DNA from: Bacilli bacterium
GTDB lineage: Bacteria; Bacillota_I; Bacilli_A; RF39; UBA660
Assembly: GCA_017542465.1 (NCBI GenBank)
Contig: JAFXXB010000032.1
Coordinates: forward strand, 10,086-74,085
Reading direction: 5' to 3'
DNA: 64,000 bases
In this document: positions 19,293 through 29,234 of the stretch, one piece after another
How the letters are laid out: every line of letters starts with the position of its first letter
Position numbering within the stretch: the first letter of the stretch is position 1
Notes under the pieces: model-generated
What the model was told of the DNA's origin: nothing
Databases searched by the model: none
The model's input: the letters and a program-made list of their open reading frames with translations, nothing else
Position numbers and translations under genes: made by a program

Positions 19293-20762
19293 TTAATATT
19301 TCTTATTTTTATCAAATGATGAAGCTTGTTTCTTCCATTCAGATTCTGTTAAGAATAACATCTTATATTTAGTATTAAATGCATTGTTATAGTTATTTTC
19401 AACTATATCTAATCTTGAGTTTCCTAATGTCTTTATAGCTTCTCTTTTTGTTGAAAATATAACATTTGTTGGAGATACAACATTAGGTATAGAATCTTTA
19501 ATTATATTTAATAATTCCTTATTATCTTCATTTCTTATATCTTCAATAAATTTATTCCAATTCTCTATAAATTCGTTTTTTAATTCTTTAGTAGCTCCTG
19601 TAAAAGCATTATTAACACGAATATTAATAAATTCATCACATACTCTATAATATGCATCTTGTGTATTAGAATAAATATCATTCTTAACTATTTCTTTAGA
19701 TACTATTTGATCTATTTCTCTACTACTCATCTTGTTTTCATCAGCATTTATAAATGATAGTAAATTAAGTTGTAACATTAAATAACCATTTGTAGTATTA
19801 TTAATGTTCATTAGTAAATCATTTAATATCTTAATAATCTCTTTTATATGATTAAATAAGGCACTAGACATGTTCTTTTTCTTCATATCTATAGCTTTAT
19901 TTATAAAGTTTTCTATCATTTTGTTGATAAATATTTTGATATCAACACCAGATTCTTTAATATTATTGATATTTAGTATTAGATTATCTAAATCATTTCT
20001 AACGATATTTTGATATATAGCATCAATATCTTCATCAGTAACTGTACCATAATTTTGTTTTAATACATCCATATTAATTTCATCAGATACCTTAGATAAT
20101 TGATCTAATATACTTAAAGCATCTCTCATACAACCATCTGATAAATAAGATATTTCAGTAACTGCATCATCTTGATACTTAATATCTTCTTTTTTACAAA
20201 TATCTTTGATTTGTTTTTGTATTAACTCTCTATCAATACGATTAAAATCAAATCTTTGACATCTAGATAATACAGTAATTGGCACTTTTTGTATTTCTGT
20301 TGTTGCAAGAATAAATATAACATTTTGAGGAGGTTCCTCAAGTGTTTTTAAGAATGCATTCCAAGCTGAATTAGATAACATGTGTACCTCATCAATGATA
20401 TATATCTTATATTTTGATGATGTTGGAGCTATAAGAACTGAATCTTTAATATCTCTTATGTTATCTACACCATTGTTGGAAGCTGCATCCAATTCAATAA
20501 TATCTGGTGATGTTGCAAAATTAATACAATTTTCACATTCTTCACAAGGAATACCATCTTTTGCATTAGGACAATTAAGTGCTTTAGCAAATATTTTAGC
20601 TGTACTAGTTTTACCAGTACCTCTAGGTCCTGTGAAGATATAAGCATGAGCTATTTTATCTTCAATTATAGAGTTTTTTAATATTCTGACTATACTATCT
20701 TGACCGACTAATTGATCAAAGTTAGATGGTCTATATTTTCTATATAATACCTTATAGTTCAT
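19293..20762 (-). CDS. dnaX: DNA polymerase III subunit gamma/tau
   Basis: YRKYRP..F..LVGQ, GPRGTGKTS, the zinc module C..C..C and IIDEVHMLS. The likely start is the ATG at 20762 (ggtgagagg RBS). The track ORF begins 3 codons earlier. Confidence 0.9.
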   Translation of the reverse strand: MNYKVLYRKYRPSNFDQLVGQDSIVRILKNSIIEDKIAHAYIFTGPRGTGKTSTAKIFAKALNCPNAKDGIPCEECENCINFATSPDIIELDAASNNGVDNIRDIKDSVLIAPTSSKYKIYIIDEVHMLSNSAWNAFLKTLEEPPQNVIFILATTEIQKVPITVLSRCQRFDFNRIDRELIQKQIKDICKKEDIKYQDDAVTEISYLSDGCMRDALSILDQLSKVSDEINMDVLKQNYGTVTDEDIDAIYQNIVRNDLDNLILNINNIKESGVDIKIFINKMIENFINKAIDMKKKNMSSALFNHIKEIIKILNDLLMNINNTTNGYLMLQLNLLSFINADENKMSSREIDQIVSKEIVKNDIYSNTQDAYYRVCDEFINIRVNNAFTGATKELKNEFIENWNKFIEDIRNEDNKELLNIIKDSIPNVVSPTNVIFSTKREAIKTLGNSRLDIVENNYNNAFNTKYKMLFLTESEWKKQASSFDKNKKY

Positions 20763-20798
20763 ACCTCTCACCTACTTATAATTATACCATATAATAAG

Positions 20799-21218
20799 TT
20801 ATCTATTTAAGTTTTTATCAAAGAAATTACTTAATTTTTCTTTATATTTTTCTTTATAATTATCTACATCATTTAATATATATACATTAGTACGTTTATA
20901 CTTATGTTTTTCCTTATTTTCTAGGAGATAATAAACATTTTGAATTCTTGATTCCTGTATTATTTCCATACACATATCACATGGTTCAAGAGTAACATAA
21001 AGGTCACAGTCAGATAATCTCCAATCGCCTAATTTATTACATGCATCTTTTATAGCATTTACCTCTGCATGACCAGTAGGATCATTAGTAATTATTCTAT
21101 TATTAAAACCTTCACCAATTATTTCATTATTTTTAACTACTATAGCACCAATAGGTATATCACCTACTTGTTCTGCACTTTTAGCTAATTCAATTAATAC
21201 ATCTATATATTTATTCAT
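20799..21218 (-). CDS. tadA: tRNA-specific adenosine deaminase TadA
   Basis: HAEVNAI and TLEPCDMC deaminase zinc motifs. The likely start is MNKYIDV at 21218. Confidence 0.88.
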   Translation of the reverse strand: MNKYIDVLIELAKSAEQVGDIPIGAIVVKNNEIIGEGFNNRIITNDPTGHAEVNAIKDACNKLGDWRLSDCDLYVTLEPCDMCMEIIQESRIQNVYYLLENKEKHKYKRTNVYILNDVDNYKEKYKEKLSNFFDKNLNR

Positions 21219-21237
21219 ATAATCACCCAATAAAAAA

Positions 21238-21308
21238 GCACACACGAATAGGGATTAATATGGCTGCTACATTCCTGTCCTGACCAATTTATAATATATT
21301 CGTTGTGC
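21238..21308 (-). ncRNA. ffs: signal recognition particle RNA, short 4.5S-type
   Basis: The minus strand reads GCACAACGAAT...TTGGTCAGGACAGGAATGTAGCAGCCATA...ATTCGTGTGTGC followed by TTTTTT. A long closing helix surrounds the conserved GGUCAGG.C.GGAA..AGCAGCC domain IV motif. Confidence 0.8.
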
Positions 21309-21354
21309 TATAAGTATTATAACATACATATTAATTAATACAAATAGTTTTATA

Positions 21355-21370
21355 TATTTCACGTGAAACA
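21355..21370. promoter_or_regulatory. parS-like site (15/16 match to TGTTTCACGTGAAACA)
   Basis: TATTTCACGTGAAACA, with one mismatch in the left arm. Confidence 0.6.
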
Positions 21371-21376
21371 TTAACA

Positions 21377-21589
21377 TTAACAACAATCACAGTAACCATC
21401 AAAGAAATTAAATAAATCTTCAATTATTGATATATTATTAATTTTAGAAAAATCTAAAGACTTTAAATGACTTAAATAGTCATAATATTGTTCATCCTCT
21501 TCATCAAAAACTAATAATATATAAATTATGTTCATTAAAGATATATGTTTTACTTTAATTAAATATTTAATTAACTTAAATCTATACAT
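21377..21589 (-). CDS. small hypothetical protein (70 aa, C-terminal CDCC)
   Basis: aggtga RBS 6 nt before the ATG. No family recognised. Lies between two parS-like sites. Confidence 0.35.
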   Translation of the reverse strand: MYRFKLIKYLIKVKHISLMNIIYILLVFDEEDEQYYDYLSHLKSLDFSKINNISIIEDLFNFFDGYCDCC

Positions 21590-21622
21590 ATTATCACCTA
21601 TAACAATTTTATCATTACTTTA

Positions 21623-21638
21623 TGTTTCACGTGAAATA
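21623..21638. promoter_or_regulatory. parS-like site (15/16)
   Basis: TGTTTCACGTGAAATA, with one mismatch in the right arm. Confidence 0.6.
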
Positions 21639-21668
21639 TATATTTCAAAAATTTACACACTTATACAA

Positions 21669-21684
21669 TGTTTCACGTGAAACA
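21669..21684. promoter_or_regulatory. parS site (16/16), core of a 26-bp perfect palindrome
   Basis: TGTTTCACGTGAAACA lies inside TACAATGTTTCACGTGAAACATTGTA (21664-21689). Confidence 0.8.
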
Positions 21685-21689
21685 TTGTA

Positions 21690-21720
21690 ATAAAAAGAAG
21701 AGATTATTTAGTCTCTTCTT
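21690..21720 (-). terminator. rho-independent terminator of gyrA
   Basis: On the minus strand: AAGAAGAGA-CUAAAUAA-UCUCUUCUU followed by UUUAUU. The stop codon sits in the loop. Confidence 0.7.
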
Positions 21721-24295
21721 TTACTTCTTCAGCAGTTTCTACTGTTTCTTCAGTTATTTCTTCATCAGATTCATCATCATCTTTAGTTATAACTGATACT
21801 GTAGATACACATTGTTCATCTTTAAGGTTAATTAATCTTACACCTTGAGTCACTCTATTTAATTGAGATATTGAACTAATAGGTATTCTAATAATCATAC
21901 CTTGTTCTGTAACAATTAATAATGATTTATCATCATCAACTATCTTATGAGCAATCATACCACCAGTTTTATCAGTAGCTTTAATACTTAATACACCTTT
22001 AGATCCACGTTTTGTCTTTCTATAGTCTTTAACGAATGTTCTCTTACCATATCCATTCTTAGATATTACTAGTAAGTTATCATCATCAGTACCAACTTCC
22101 ATACCAGTACATTCACCACCATCAAGGTTTATACCCTTAACACCAGTAGCAGTTCTACCCATTGGTCTAATTTCAGATTCATCGAATACTACAATCTTAC
22201 CAGATGTAGATCCTAAGATTATATTCATATTACCATCAGTTAATTTAACATCTATTAATTCATCATCATCGTGTAATGTAATAGCTATCTTACCTGATTT
22301 TCTAATACTTTCATACTCTTCTATAGGTGTTTTCTTGATAATGCCTTGTTTAGTAGCAAATACTACATACTTCATTGATGTTTCACGTGAAACATTGATT
22401 ATTGCATTTACCTTTTCATCTTTATCTATTTGAATAAGATTTATAATTGGTAATCCTTTAGCATTTCTACCATATTCAGGTATTTCATATCCTTTTAATC
22501 TATATATTCTTCCTTTATTTGTGAATATACATACATAATCATGTGTTGATGAATTAATTAAGAATTTAACATAATCATCTTCATTAGTACTCATTCCTTT
22601 AACTCCTACACCACCACGATTTTGTTCACGATATGTGTTAGCAGATAAACGTTTAATATATCCTTTATCAGTTAAAGTAATTATAATATTTTCTTCTGGT
22701 ATTAAAGATTCATCCTCAATAAAATCTATAGCAGTCATATCAATATGAGTTCTTCTTTCATCACCAAATCTATTAGCTACATCTAATAATTCTTTCTTAA
22801 CTATATCTCTAACCATTTCGTCAGAGTTAAGAATAGAATTATAGTATTCTATATCTTTTAATAATCCATCACGTTCTTCTGTAACCTTATCTAATTCAAG
22901 TCCAGTTAACTTTCTTAAACGCATTTGTAGGATATCTTCAGATTGAATATCATCTAAACCATACTTTTCTTCAAGTTTAGTTTTAGCTTCAATATCAGTT
23001 CTAGATCCACGTATTATCTTAACAAAATCATCAATATTATTTATTGCTATGATTTCACCATCTAAGATATGTACTCTATTTTCAGCTTGTCCTAAATCAT
23101 ATCTAGTACGTCTAATTAATACTTCTTTTTAATAATCAGTATATTTAATTAAGATATCTCTTAAACCTAGAGTTCTAGGTATACCATTATCTAACATAAG
23201 TAAATTAATACCATATGTCATTTGTAATGGAGTTGATTTATATAAGTTATTTAAAATAACATTAGGGTTTGCATCTTTCTTACATGTAACAACTATTTTA
23301 ATACCATTTTCAATATTAGTTTCTTCATGTAAGTCTGCAATACCATCTATTACTTTATCTCTAACTAATTCAGCAATCTTAGTTTGTAATTCTTTTTTAT
23401 TAACTCCATAAGGAATTTCAGTAATAACAATTAAACTATGATTTTGTTTTTCTTGTATTTCTACTTTACCTCTTATAGTTATAGATCCTTTTCCAGTTCC
23501 ATATGCTTGTCTAATACCTGAATTTCCAAGGATTATAGCACCTGTAGGAAAATCTGGACCTTTAACATGAGTCATTAATTCATCTAATTCAATTTCAGGA
23601 TTATCTAGTACAGCTACACATCCATTAACTACTTCTCTTAAGTTATGTGGAGGTATATTTGTTGCCATACCTACTGCGATACCCATTGTTCCATTAACTA
23701 AAATATTAGGAAACTTAGATGGTAATACACTAGGTTCTTTTCTTGTTGCATCGAAGTTATCAACAAAATCTACTGTATCTTTCTTAATATCTCTAGTCAT
23801 TTCTAGTGAAATCTTAGAAAGTCTAGCTTCAGTATAACGCATGGCAGCAGCGCCATCACCATCCATAGAACCAAAGTTACCATGTCCATCAACTAAAGGA
23901 TATCTATATGAGAAATCTTGAGCCATACGAACCATAGCTTCATATATAGATGAATCACCATGTGGATGGTAAACACCCATTACGTTACCAACAGTTCTAG
24001 CTGATTTAACATGTGGTTTATCTGGAGTAATACCACTTTCATACATTGAATATAAAATTCTTCTATGTACTGGCTTTAAACCATCTCTTAGATCAGGTAA
24101 AGCACGGGCAACTATAACTGACATTGAATAATCTAGGAATGAATCCTTAATTTCTTTAACAATATCATTTTCAATCATTTGATCAGCAGGAAGAGTTGTT
24201 TCGATACCTTCAGGTATTTCTTCATCATCTTCGATATCTTCTATCTCTTCTTCAACTACTTTTTCTTCAATCATATCTAAATCTCTTTCGTCCAT
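21704..24295 (-). CDS. gyrA: DNA gyrase subunit A, one continuous frame interrupted by a single in-frame TAA at 23129-23131
   Basis: The track splits it into 23129..24295 (N-terminal part, with the active-site AAMRYTE) and 21704..22924 (CTD beta-pinwheel). The 68 codons between them are open in the same frame. They read [24 protein letters not shown]..., the conserved GyrA coiled-coil region. Confidence 0.85.
22379..22394. promoter_or_regulatory. parS site (16/16) inside the gyrA coding sequence
   Basis: TGTTTCACGTGAAACA (18-bp palindrome 22378-22395), encoding ..NVSRETS.. of the GyrA CTD. Confidence 0.75.
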
Positions 24296-24306
24296 ACCTT
24301 CACCTC

Positions 24307-26259
24307 CTAAATATCTATATTCTTAACATATCCAGCATTTTCAACTATGAAATTACGTCTAGGTTCAACATTATCAGACATTAATAAACTAAATGCTTCA
24401 TCTGCAGCCATTGCATCTTCAACAGTTATCTTACGTAATACTCTATTTTGTTTAGACATTGTTGTATCTCTTAATTCAGATGCATCCATCTCTCCTAAAC
24501 CTTTGAATCTGTTAACTATCTTACTATTTTGATATTTCTCAGGTATTTGCTCTAATACCTTTTGTAAATCATCATCACTTTGAACTAATACTGTCTTCTT
24601 ACCATATGTAACCTTATATAAAGGAGGTTGCGCAGCATATACATATCCACCTTCTACTATAGGTCTAAAGAATCTATAGAATAATGTTAATAATAATGTT
24701 CTAATATGTGCACCATCAACATCGGCATCAGTCATGATAATGATTTTATGATATCTTAACTTTTCAACATCAAAATCTTCACCAATACCAGTACCAAAAG
24801 CAGTTATCATTGATTTTATTTCTTCATTATTTAATGCTCTATCAAGTCTTGCCTTTTCTACATTTAATATCTTACCTCTTAAAGGTAATACAGCTTGAGT
24901 TAAGTAGTCTCTTCCCATCTTAGCTGATCCACCGGCTGAATCACCCTCGACTATGAATATTTCACACTCTTCAGCATTTTTAGACTTACAATCAGTTAAT
25001 TTACCCATGAAATTAATATTATCTAATCCTGTTTTTCTTCTAGTATTTTCTCTAGCTTTCTTTGCAGCAAGTCTTGCTTGTGATGCTAAAGCACATTTAC
25101 TTACTATAACTTTAGCTGCATCAGGATTTTCCATTAAATATCTTTCAAAACCTTCACTGAAAACATCACTTGCAATCTTTTTAACTTCAGAATTACCTAA
25201 TTTAGTCTTTGTTTGTCCTTCAAACTGAGGATCTGGATGTTTACAAGATATAACCATTGTTAAACCTTCTCTTACATCATCACCAGTTAAGGCTTCATCT
25301 TTTTCTTTTAAGATATTCTTAGCTCTTGCATATTTATTAATAATACGAGTTAATGCGGCTTTTACACCATCTTCATGTGTTCCACCTTCATGAGTTCTAA
25401 TATTATTAGTAAATGAATATATAGCTGAATTATAATCTTCATTATATTGCATAGCTACTTCTATAGATATATCATCTTCCATACCTTCAAAAGCTACTAC
25501 ATCATGTAATACTGTCTTATTTTTATTTAATAAATCTACATATTCAGATATACCACCTTCATAGTAGAAATTATCTCTTTTAACTGTTTCTTCTCTTTCA
25601 TCAACTAAAGCTATTCTTAAACCTTTATTTAAAAATGCTAACTCTCTTAATCTTTGTTTTAAAGTATCATAATTATATACTGTAGTTTCAGTAAATATTG
25701 TAGCATCTGCTTTAAATCTTACTTCTGTACCATGTATATCATTATCACATGATGATATAACAGCTAAATCTCCAACTGGTTTTCCACCATGCTCAAATCT
25801 TTGGAAATATACTTTTTCATCACGTGAAACTTTAACTTCTAGCCAATCAGACAATGCATTAACGACTGATGCACCTACTCCATGAAGACCACCAGAAACT
25901 TTGTAGCCTCCACCACCAAATTTTCCACCTGCATGTAATACAGTAAAAATTGTTTCAATAGTAGATTTACCAGTCTTTTCATTCATACCTGTAGGCATTC
26001 CACGTCCATTATCTCTTACTGATATGATATTACCCTTCTCTATTGTAACTAAAATATCAGTACAAAAACCTGCTAAAGCTTCATCTATTGAGTTATCTAC
26101 AATTTCCCATACAAGATGATGTAGACCTCTTTCACTTGTAGTACCAATGTACATACCAGGTCTTTTACGAACTGCTTCTAGCCCTTCAAGTACTTGAATC
26201 TCACTGTCATCATATTCATCAATTTTCTTATTTAATTCAGCTAATTCCTTATCATTCAT
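24307..26259 (-). CDS. gyrB: DNA gyrase subunit B
   Basis: 650 aa. [36 protein letters not shown] and PL.GKILNVE motifs. Confidence 0.95.
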   Translation of the reverse strand: MNDKELAELNKKIDEYDDSEIQVLEGLEAVRKRPGMYIGTTSERGLHHLVWEIVDNSIDEALAGFCTDILVTIEKGNIISVRDNGRGMPTGMNEKTGKSTIETIFTVLHAGGKFGGGGYKVSGGLHGVGASVVNALSDWLEVKVSRDEKVYFQRFEHGGKPVGDLAVISSCDNDIHGTEVRFKADATIFTETTVYNYDTLKQRLRELAFLNKGLRIALVDEREETVKRDNFYYEGGISEYVDLLNKNKTVLHDVVAFEGMEDDISIEVAMQYNEDYNSAIYSFTNNIRTHEGGTHEDGVKAALTRIINKYARAKNILKEKDEALTGDDVREGLTMVISCKHPDPQFEGQTKTKLGNSEVKKIASDVFSEGFERYLMENPDAAKVIVSKCALASQARLAAKKARENTRRKTGLDNINFMGKLTDCKSKNAEECEIFIVEGDSAGGSAKMGRDYLTQAVLPLRGKILNVEKARLDRALNNEEIKSMITAFGTGIGEDFDVEKLRYHKIIIMTDADVDGAHIRTLLLTLFYRFFRPIVEGGYVYAAQPPLYKVTYGKKTVLVQSDDDLQKVLEQIPEKYQNSKIVNRFKGLGEMDASELRDTTMSKQNRVLRKITVEDAMAADEAFSLLMSDNVEPRRNFIVENAGYVKNIDI

Positions 26260-27349
26260 AATATTCCTCCTTGATGTTTCCGTTCTTTATCTTAAATATC
26301 TTACTTCCTACTTTTAATCTCTTATCTACCTTAGTTAATTCAGTAGTTGTAACAAAAGTTTGAATATCGTCAGATATAAAATCTAATATGTTATTTATCT
26401 TTTTCTTATCTAATTCAGAAAATAAATCATCTAATATTAATATAGGTATAATATTTAAATCTTCTCTAAATATATCTATTTCAGCCATTTTTAATGATAT
26501 AATGGCATTTTTTTGTTCACCTTCTGATCCAAAATCTCTTAAATTATTACCATTAAGTTCAAATACATAATCATCATGGTGAATTCCTATATTAGTTTTA
26601 CCTTGTTGAATATCTTTTTTAACATTCTTATTAAATGCTTTTAATAATTCATCTTTAGTCTTATCACTAAAGTCTGATTTATAAGAAAGCACTAATCCAT
26701 GTTTCTTAGCTATTCTATAGTAGTTATTTTCTATATATTTACTGATATTATTAATAAAATCTATACGATATTTATTAATCTTCATACCTAAATCAATTAT
26801 TTGTTCAGTTAATATATCTAAATAACTTCTAGATGTATTAGCATTAAACATCATCATCTTAAGATATGCGTTTCTTTGTTTTAATATCTTATTATACATA
26901 GATAATAACTTAAGATATTCATTAGAATACTGACTTAATTCTATATTAATAAGTTTTCTTCTTGTATTAGGTGTATCTTTAATTAATTTAAGATCTTCAG
27001 ATGTAAATAATACTATATTTATCTTAGATATATAATCAGATATCTTATCTATCTTGTTATTGTTGATAAATACTCTCTTACCCTCTTTAGATAAAACTAA
27101 CTTATATTTATCTTTATGTTTATCTTTAACTGTACCTTCAATAGTAGTTGATTCACACCCATTTTTAATGATTACATCTTCATGTGAACCCCTGAAGGAT
27201 TTAGATAATGATAATACATATAGACTCTCTACAATATTAGTCTTACCTTCTCCATTTTCACCTATAATAATATTTTTAGTTGGATTAAAGTCAAGATTAA
27301 GTCTTTCATAGTTACGAAAATTTACTAACCTTATATTTATAATTTTCAT
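26252..27349 (-). CDS. recF: DNA replication/repair protein RecF
   Basis: FRNY and GENGEGKTN Walker A, an SMC-like signature SEGEQK, and LILDD Walker B. Confidence 0.9.
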   Translation of the reverse strand: MKIINIRLVNFRNYERLNLDFNPTKNIIIGENGEGKTNIVESLYVLSLSKSFRGSHEDVIIKNGCESTTIEGTVKDKHKDKYKLVLSKEGKRVFINNNKIDKISDYISKINIVLFTSEDLKLIKDTPNTRRKLINIELSQYSNEYLKLLSMYNKILKQRNAYLKMMMFNANTSRSYLDILTEQIIDLGMKINKYRIDFINNISKYIENNYYRIAKKHGLVLSYKSDFSDKTKDELLKAFNKNVKKDIQQGKTNIGIHHDDYVFELNGNNLRDFGSEGEQKNAIISLKMAEIDIFREDLNIIPILILDDLFSELDKKKINNILDFISDDIQTFVTTTELTKVDKRLKVGSKIFKIKNGNIKEEYYE

Positions 27350-27451
27350 AAAAATCCCCCTAAAATTATTTTTAAGGCTAAATTAGACCTTTTATGTGTA
27401 CCTATATACAAATATATTATATCACATTAAAAACATATTAAAAACAATTTA

Positions 27452-27904
27452 TTACACTTTTTGCCCTTTATTTTTGATTATTTTAGCACTTAAAAGAGTA
27501 GATTTTAGTAATTGATTATTTAAGATGTTAAAAGAAGTGTGAAATTCTATATTTTTATTATTTATGAAGTTGATAACTGAACATTTATTAACTTTATTGT
27601 AATTAATAGTTATTATGTTATCTAAATTAATCCATGAACACTTCTTTAATCTAGGTGAAGTAGTGGGGAAGAATATAATGTTATCATCTATAATTACAGG
27701 TGATTTATAATATGTACCTATTAGATTATATGTACCATCTATTCTACCTTTATAAGATGATCCATGTATTCTGCAATTATAATTAATAATATTTAATGGT
27801 ATATTCTTAATTATTTTTATTTTATCTACTTCATATACAATAGAGTAGTGTAGTAAATAAGGTATTATAGCTAATGTATTATTACTAATAACATAATTAT
27901 TCAT
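27452..27904 (-). CDS. ComK-family competence transcription factor-like protein
   Basis: PLNIINYNCRIHGSSYKGRIDGTY...KSPVII....IIFFPTTSP...C.WI aligns well with the B. subtilis ComK core. Confidence 0.75.
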   Translation of the reverse strand: MNNYVISNNTLAIIPYLLHYSIVYEVDKIKIIKNIPLNIINYNCRIHGSSYKGRIDGTYNLIGTYYKSPVIIDDNIIFFPTTSPRLKKCSWINLDNIITINYNKVNKCSVINFINNKNIEFHTSFNILNNQLLKSTLLSAKIIKNKGQKV

Positions 27905-27995
27905 ATATTATCTCCTTTCAAATGAGTAGAGTAATATAATTATGCTATCTAAAAATGTCATAATAAAAATAAAAAAAGAAGATATAATCTTCCTT

Positions 27996-29111
27996 TTAAT
28001 ATGTTTTAATAGGTAATATTAATTGTATTAATGAATCATCATCTTTAGTCTTTAAAATAATAGGTTTAGAATCAGTATTCATATTAATTAATATTTCTTC
28101 TGAATCAAATGTTTTTAAAGCATCCATCATATATTTAGATGAATAAGATATACTCATATCATCTTTAATATTTCTATCTACTTTAATCTTATCTTCAACT
28201 TTACCAATTTCAGATGCAAATGAACTTAATATTAATTCATCATCTTTTAATTCCATCTTAATTACATTCTTTTCTTTACTTTGAGCAAGTAGGGCAGCTC
28301 TATCAATTGATCCATAGAAATCATTTAAATTAGCTGTAACTATATGAGTAAATTCAGTTGGAATGAAACTAGAAGTATTTGGATATTCACCATTTAATAG
28401 ATTTGTTTGGAATATAATGTTGTTATATTTAAACATAATCTTCTTAGCAAATACATGTATTTCTACATTATCTTCATTATCATTTAAGATTTTATCTAAT
28501 TCAGATACATTTCTACCAGGAATAATAATATTAACATTATCGTCATATGGTTGATCTAATTTAACTATCTTCTTAGCTAATCTATAAGAGTCTGTAGCAA
28601 CACATTCTAATAAATCACCATTAATCTTAACATTTAATCCATCTAATAATGGTCTAGATTGAGATACAGCAAATATAGTTTGAGATATTGTCTTCTTTAA
28701 TACACTTGATTGCATATTAATATGTGTTTTATTATCTTCTAATTGTATTTCTGGATAATCTAAACTATTTAAACAATTTAAATTATATTCAGAATTATCA
28801 GAATAAATAATTATTTTATAATCATCTACACCTTCAAAGTTAACTATATCACTAGGCATCTTTTTAATAATATCTAATAGATATTTAGATTGAATGATTA
28901 CAACTCCTTCTTTTTCAACACTTTCTATTTTATCAGTAGGTATAAAAGATTTAATTGTAAGATCTGAATCAGATGCAGTTAAATATAATCCTTCACTTTT
29001 TAATTCAAATTTAATACCATTTAATATAGGTATAATATTTCTTGTTGATATTGCTCTTGATACATTTATTAATTCATTTAAGATTGTGTTTTTATTAATT
29101 GAAAATTTCAT
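27996..29111 (-). CDS. dnaN: DNA polymerase III beta subunit (sliding clamp)
   Basis: 371 aa with a three-domain clamp pattern. Position is immediately downstream of dnaA. Confidence 0.9.
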   Translation of the reverse strand: MKFSINKNTILNELINVSRAISTRNIIPILNGIKFELKSEGLYLTASDSDLTIKSFIPTDKIESVEKEGVVIIQSKYLLDIIKKMPSDIVNFEGVDDYKIIIYSDNSEYNLNCLNSLDYPEIQLEDNKTHINMQSSVLKKTISQTIFAVSQSRPLLDGLNVKINGDLLECVATDSYRLAKKIVKLDQPYDDNVNIIIPGRNVSELDKILNDNEDNVEIHVFAKKIMFKYNNIIFQTNLLNGEYPNTSSFIPTEFTHIVTANLNDFYGSIDRAALLAQSKEKNVIKMELKDDELILSSFASEIGKVEDKIKVDRNIKDDMSISYSSKYMMDALKTFDSEEILINMNTDSKPIILKTKDDDSLIQLILPIKTY

Positions 29112-29234
29112 TTTAATTCCTTCTTTCTTTTTATTTTTTAAGTAGTATTAATATAGGTGTTGATAATGTTTAAAAGTATGATATTGTCCACAAATACGTT
29201 TATTTTTCATTGTTTATTACTTTTTAGTTTTAAA
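29112..29234. promoter_or_regulatory. oriC segment between dnaA and dnaN (DnaA boxes plus an AT-rich stretch)
   Basis: TGTTGATAA (29158-29166) and TTGTCCACA (29184-29192) are flanked by long A/T runs. Confidence 0.6.

Noticed and set aside
19293-20771. Programmed frameshift site in dnaX
   Set aside because: There is no A AAA AAG-type slippery heptamer with a downstream structure. The only A-run (GAAAAAG near 19870) is too short.
21352-21641. The 20-bp inverted repeats flanking the small ORF looked like MITE or IS terminal inverted repeats
   Set aside because: The repeats are parS sites (TGTTTCACGTGAAACA consensus) with opposite arms degenerate. There is no target-site duplication and no transposase. 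ParB binding sites explain them better.
25816-25831. A CACGTGAAAC half-site inside gyrB as a fifth parS
   Set aside because: It matches only 12 of 16 positions (TTCATCACGTGAAACT). The left arm is lost, so it is probably non-functional. Another CACGTG at 63966-63971 has no matching flanks.
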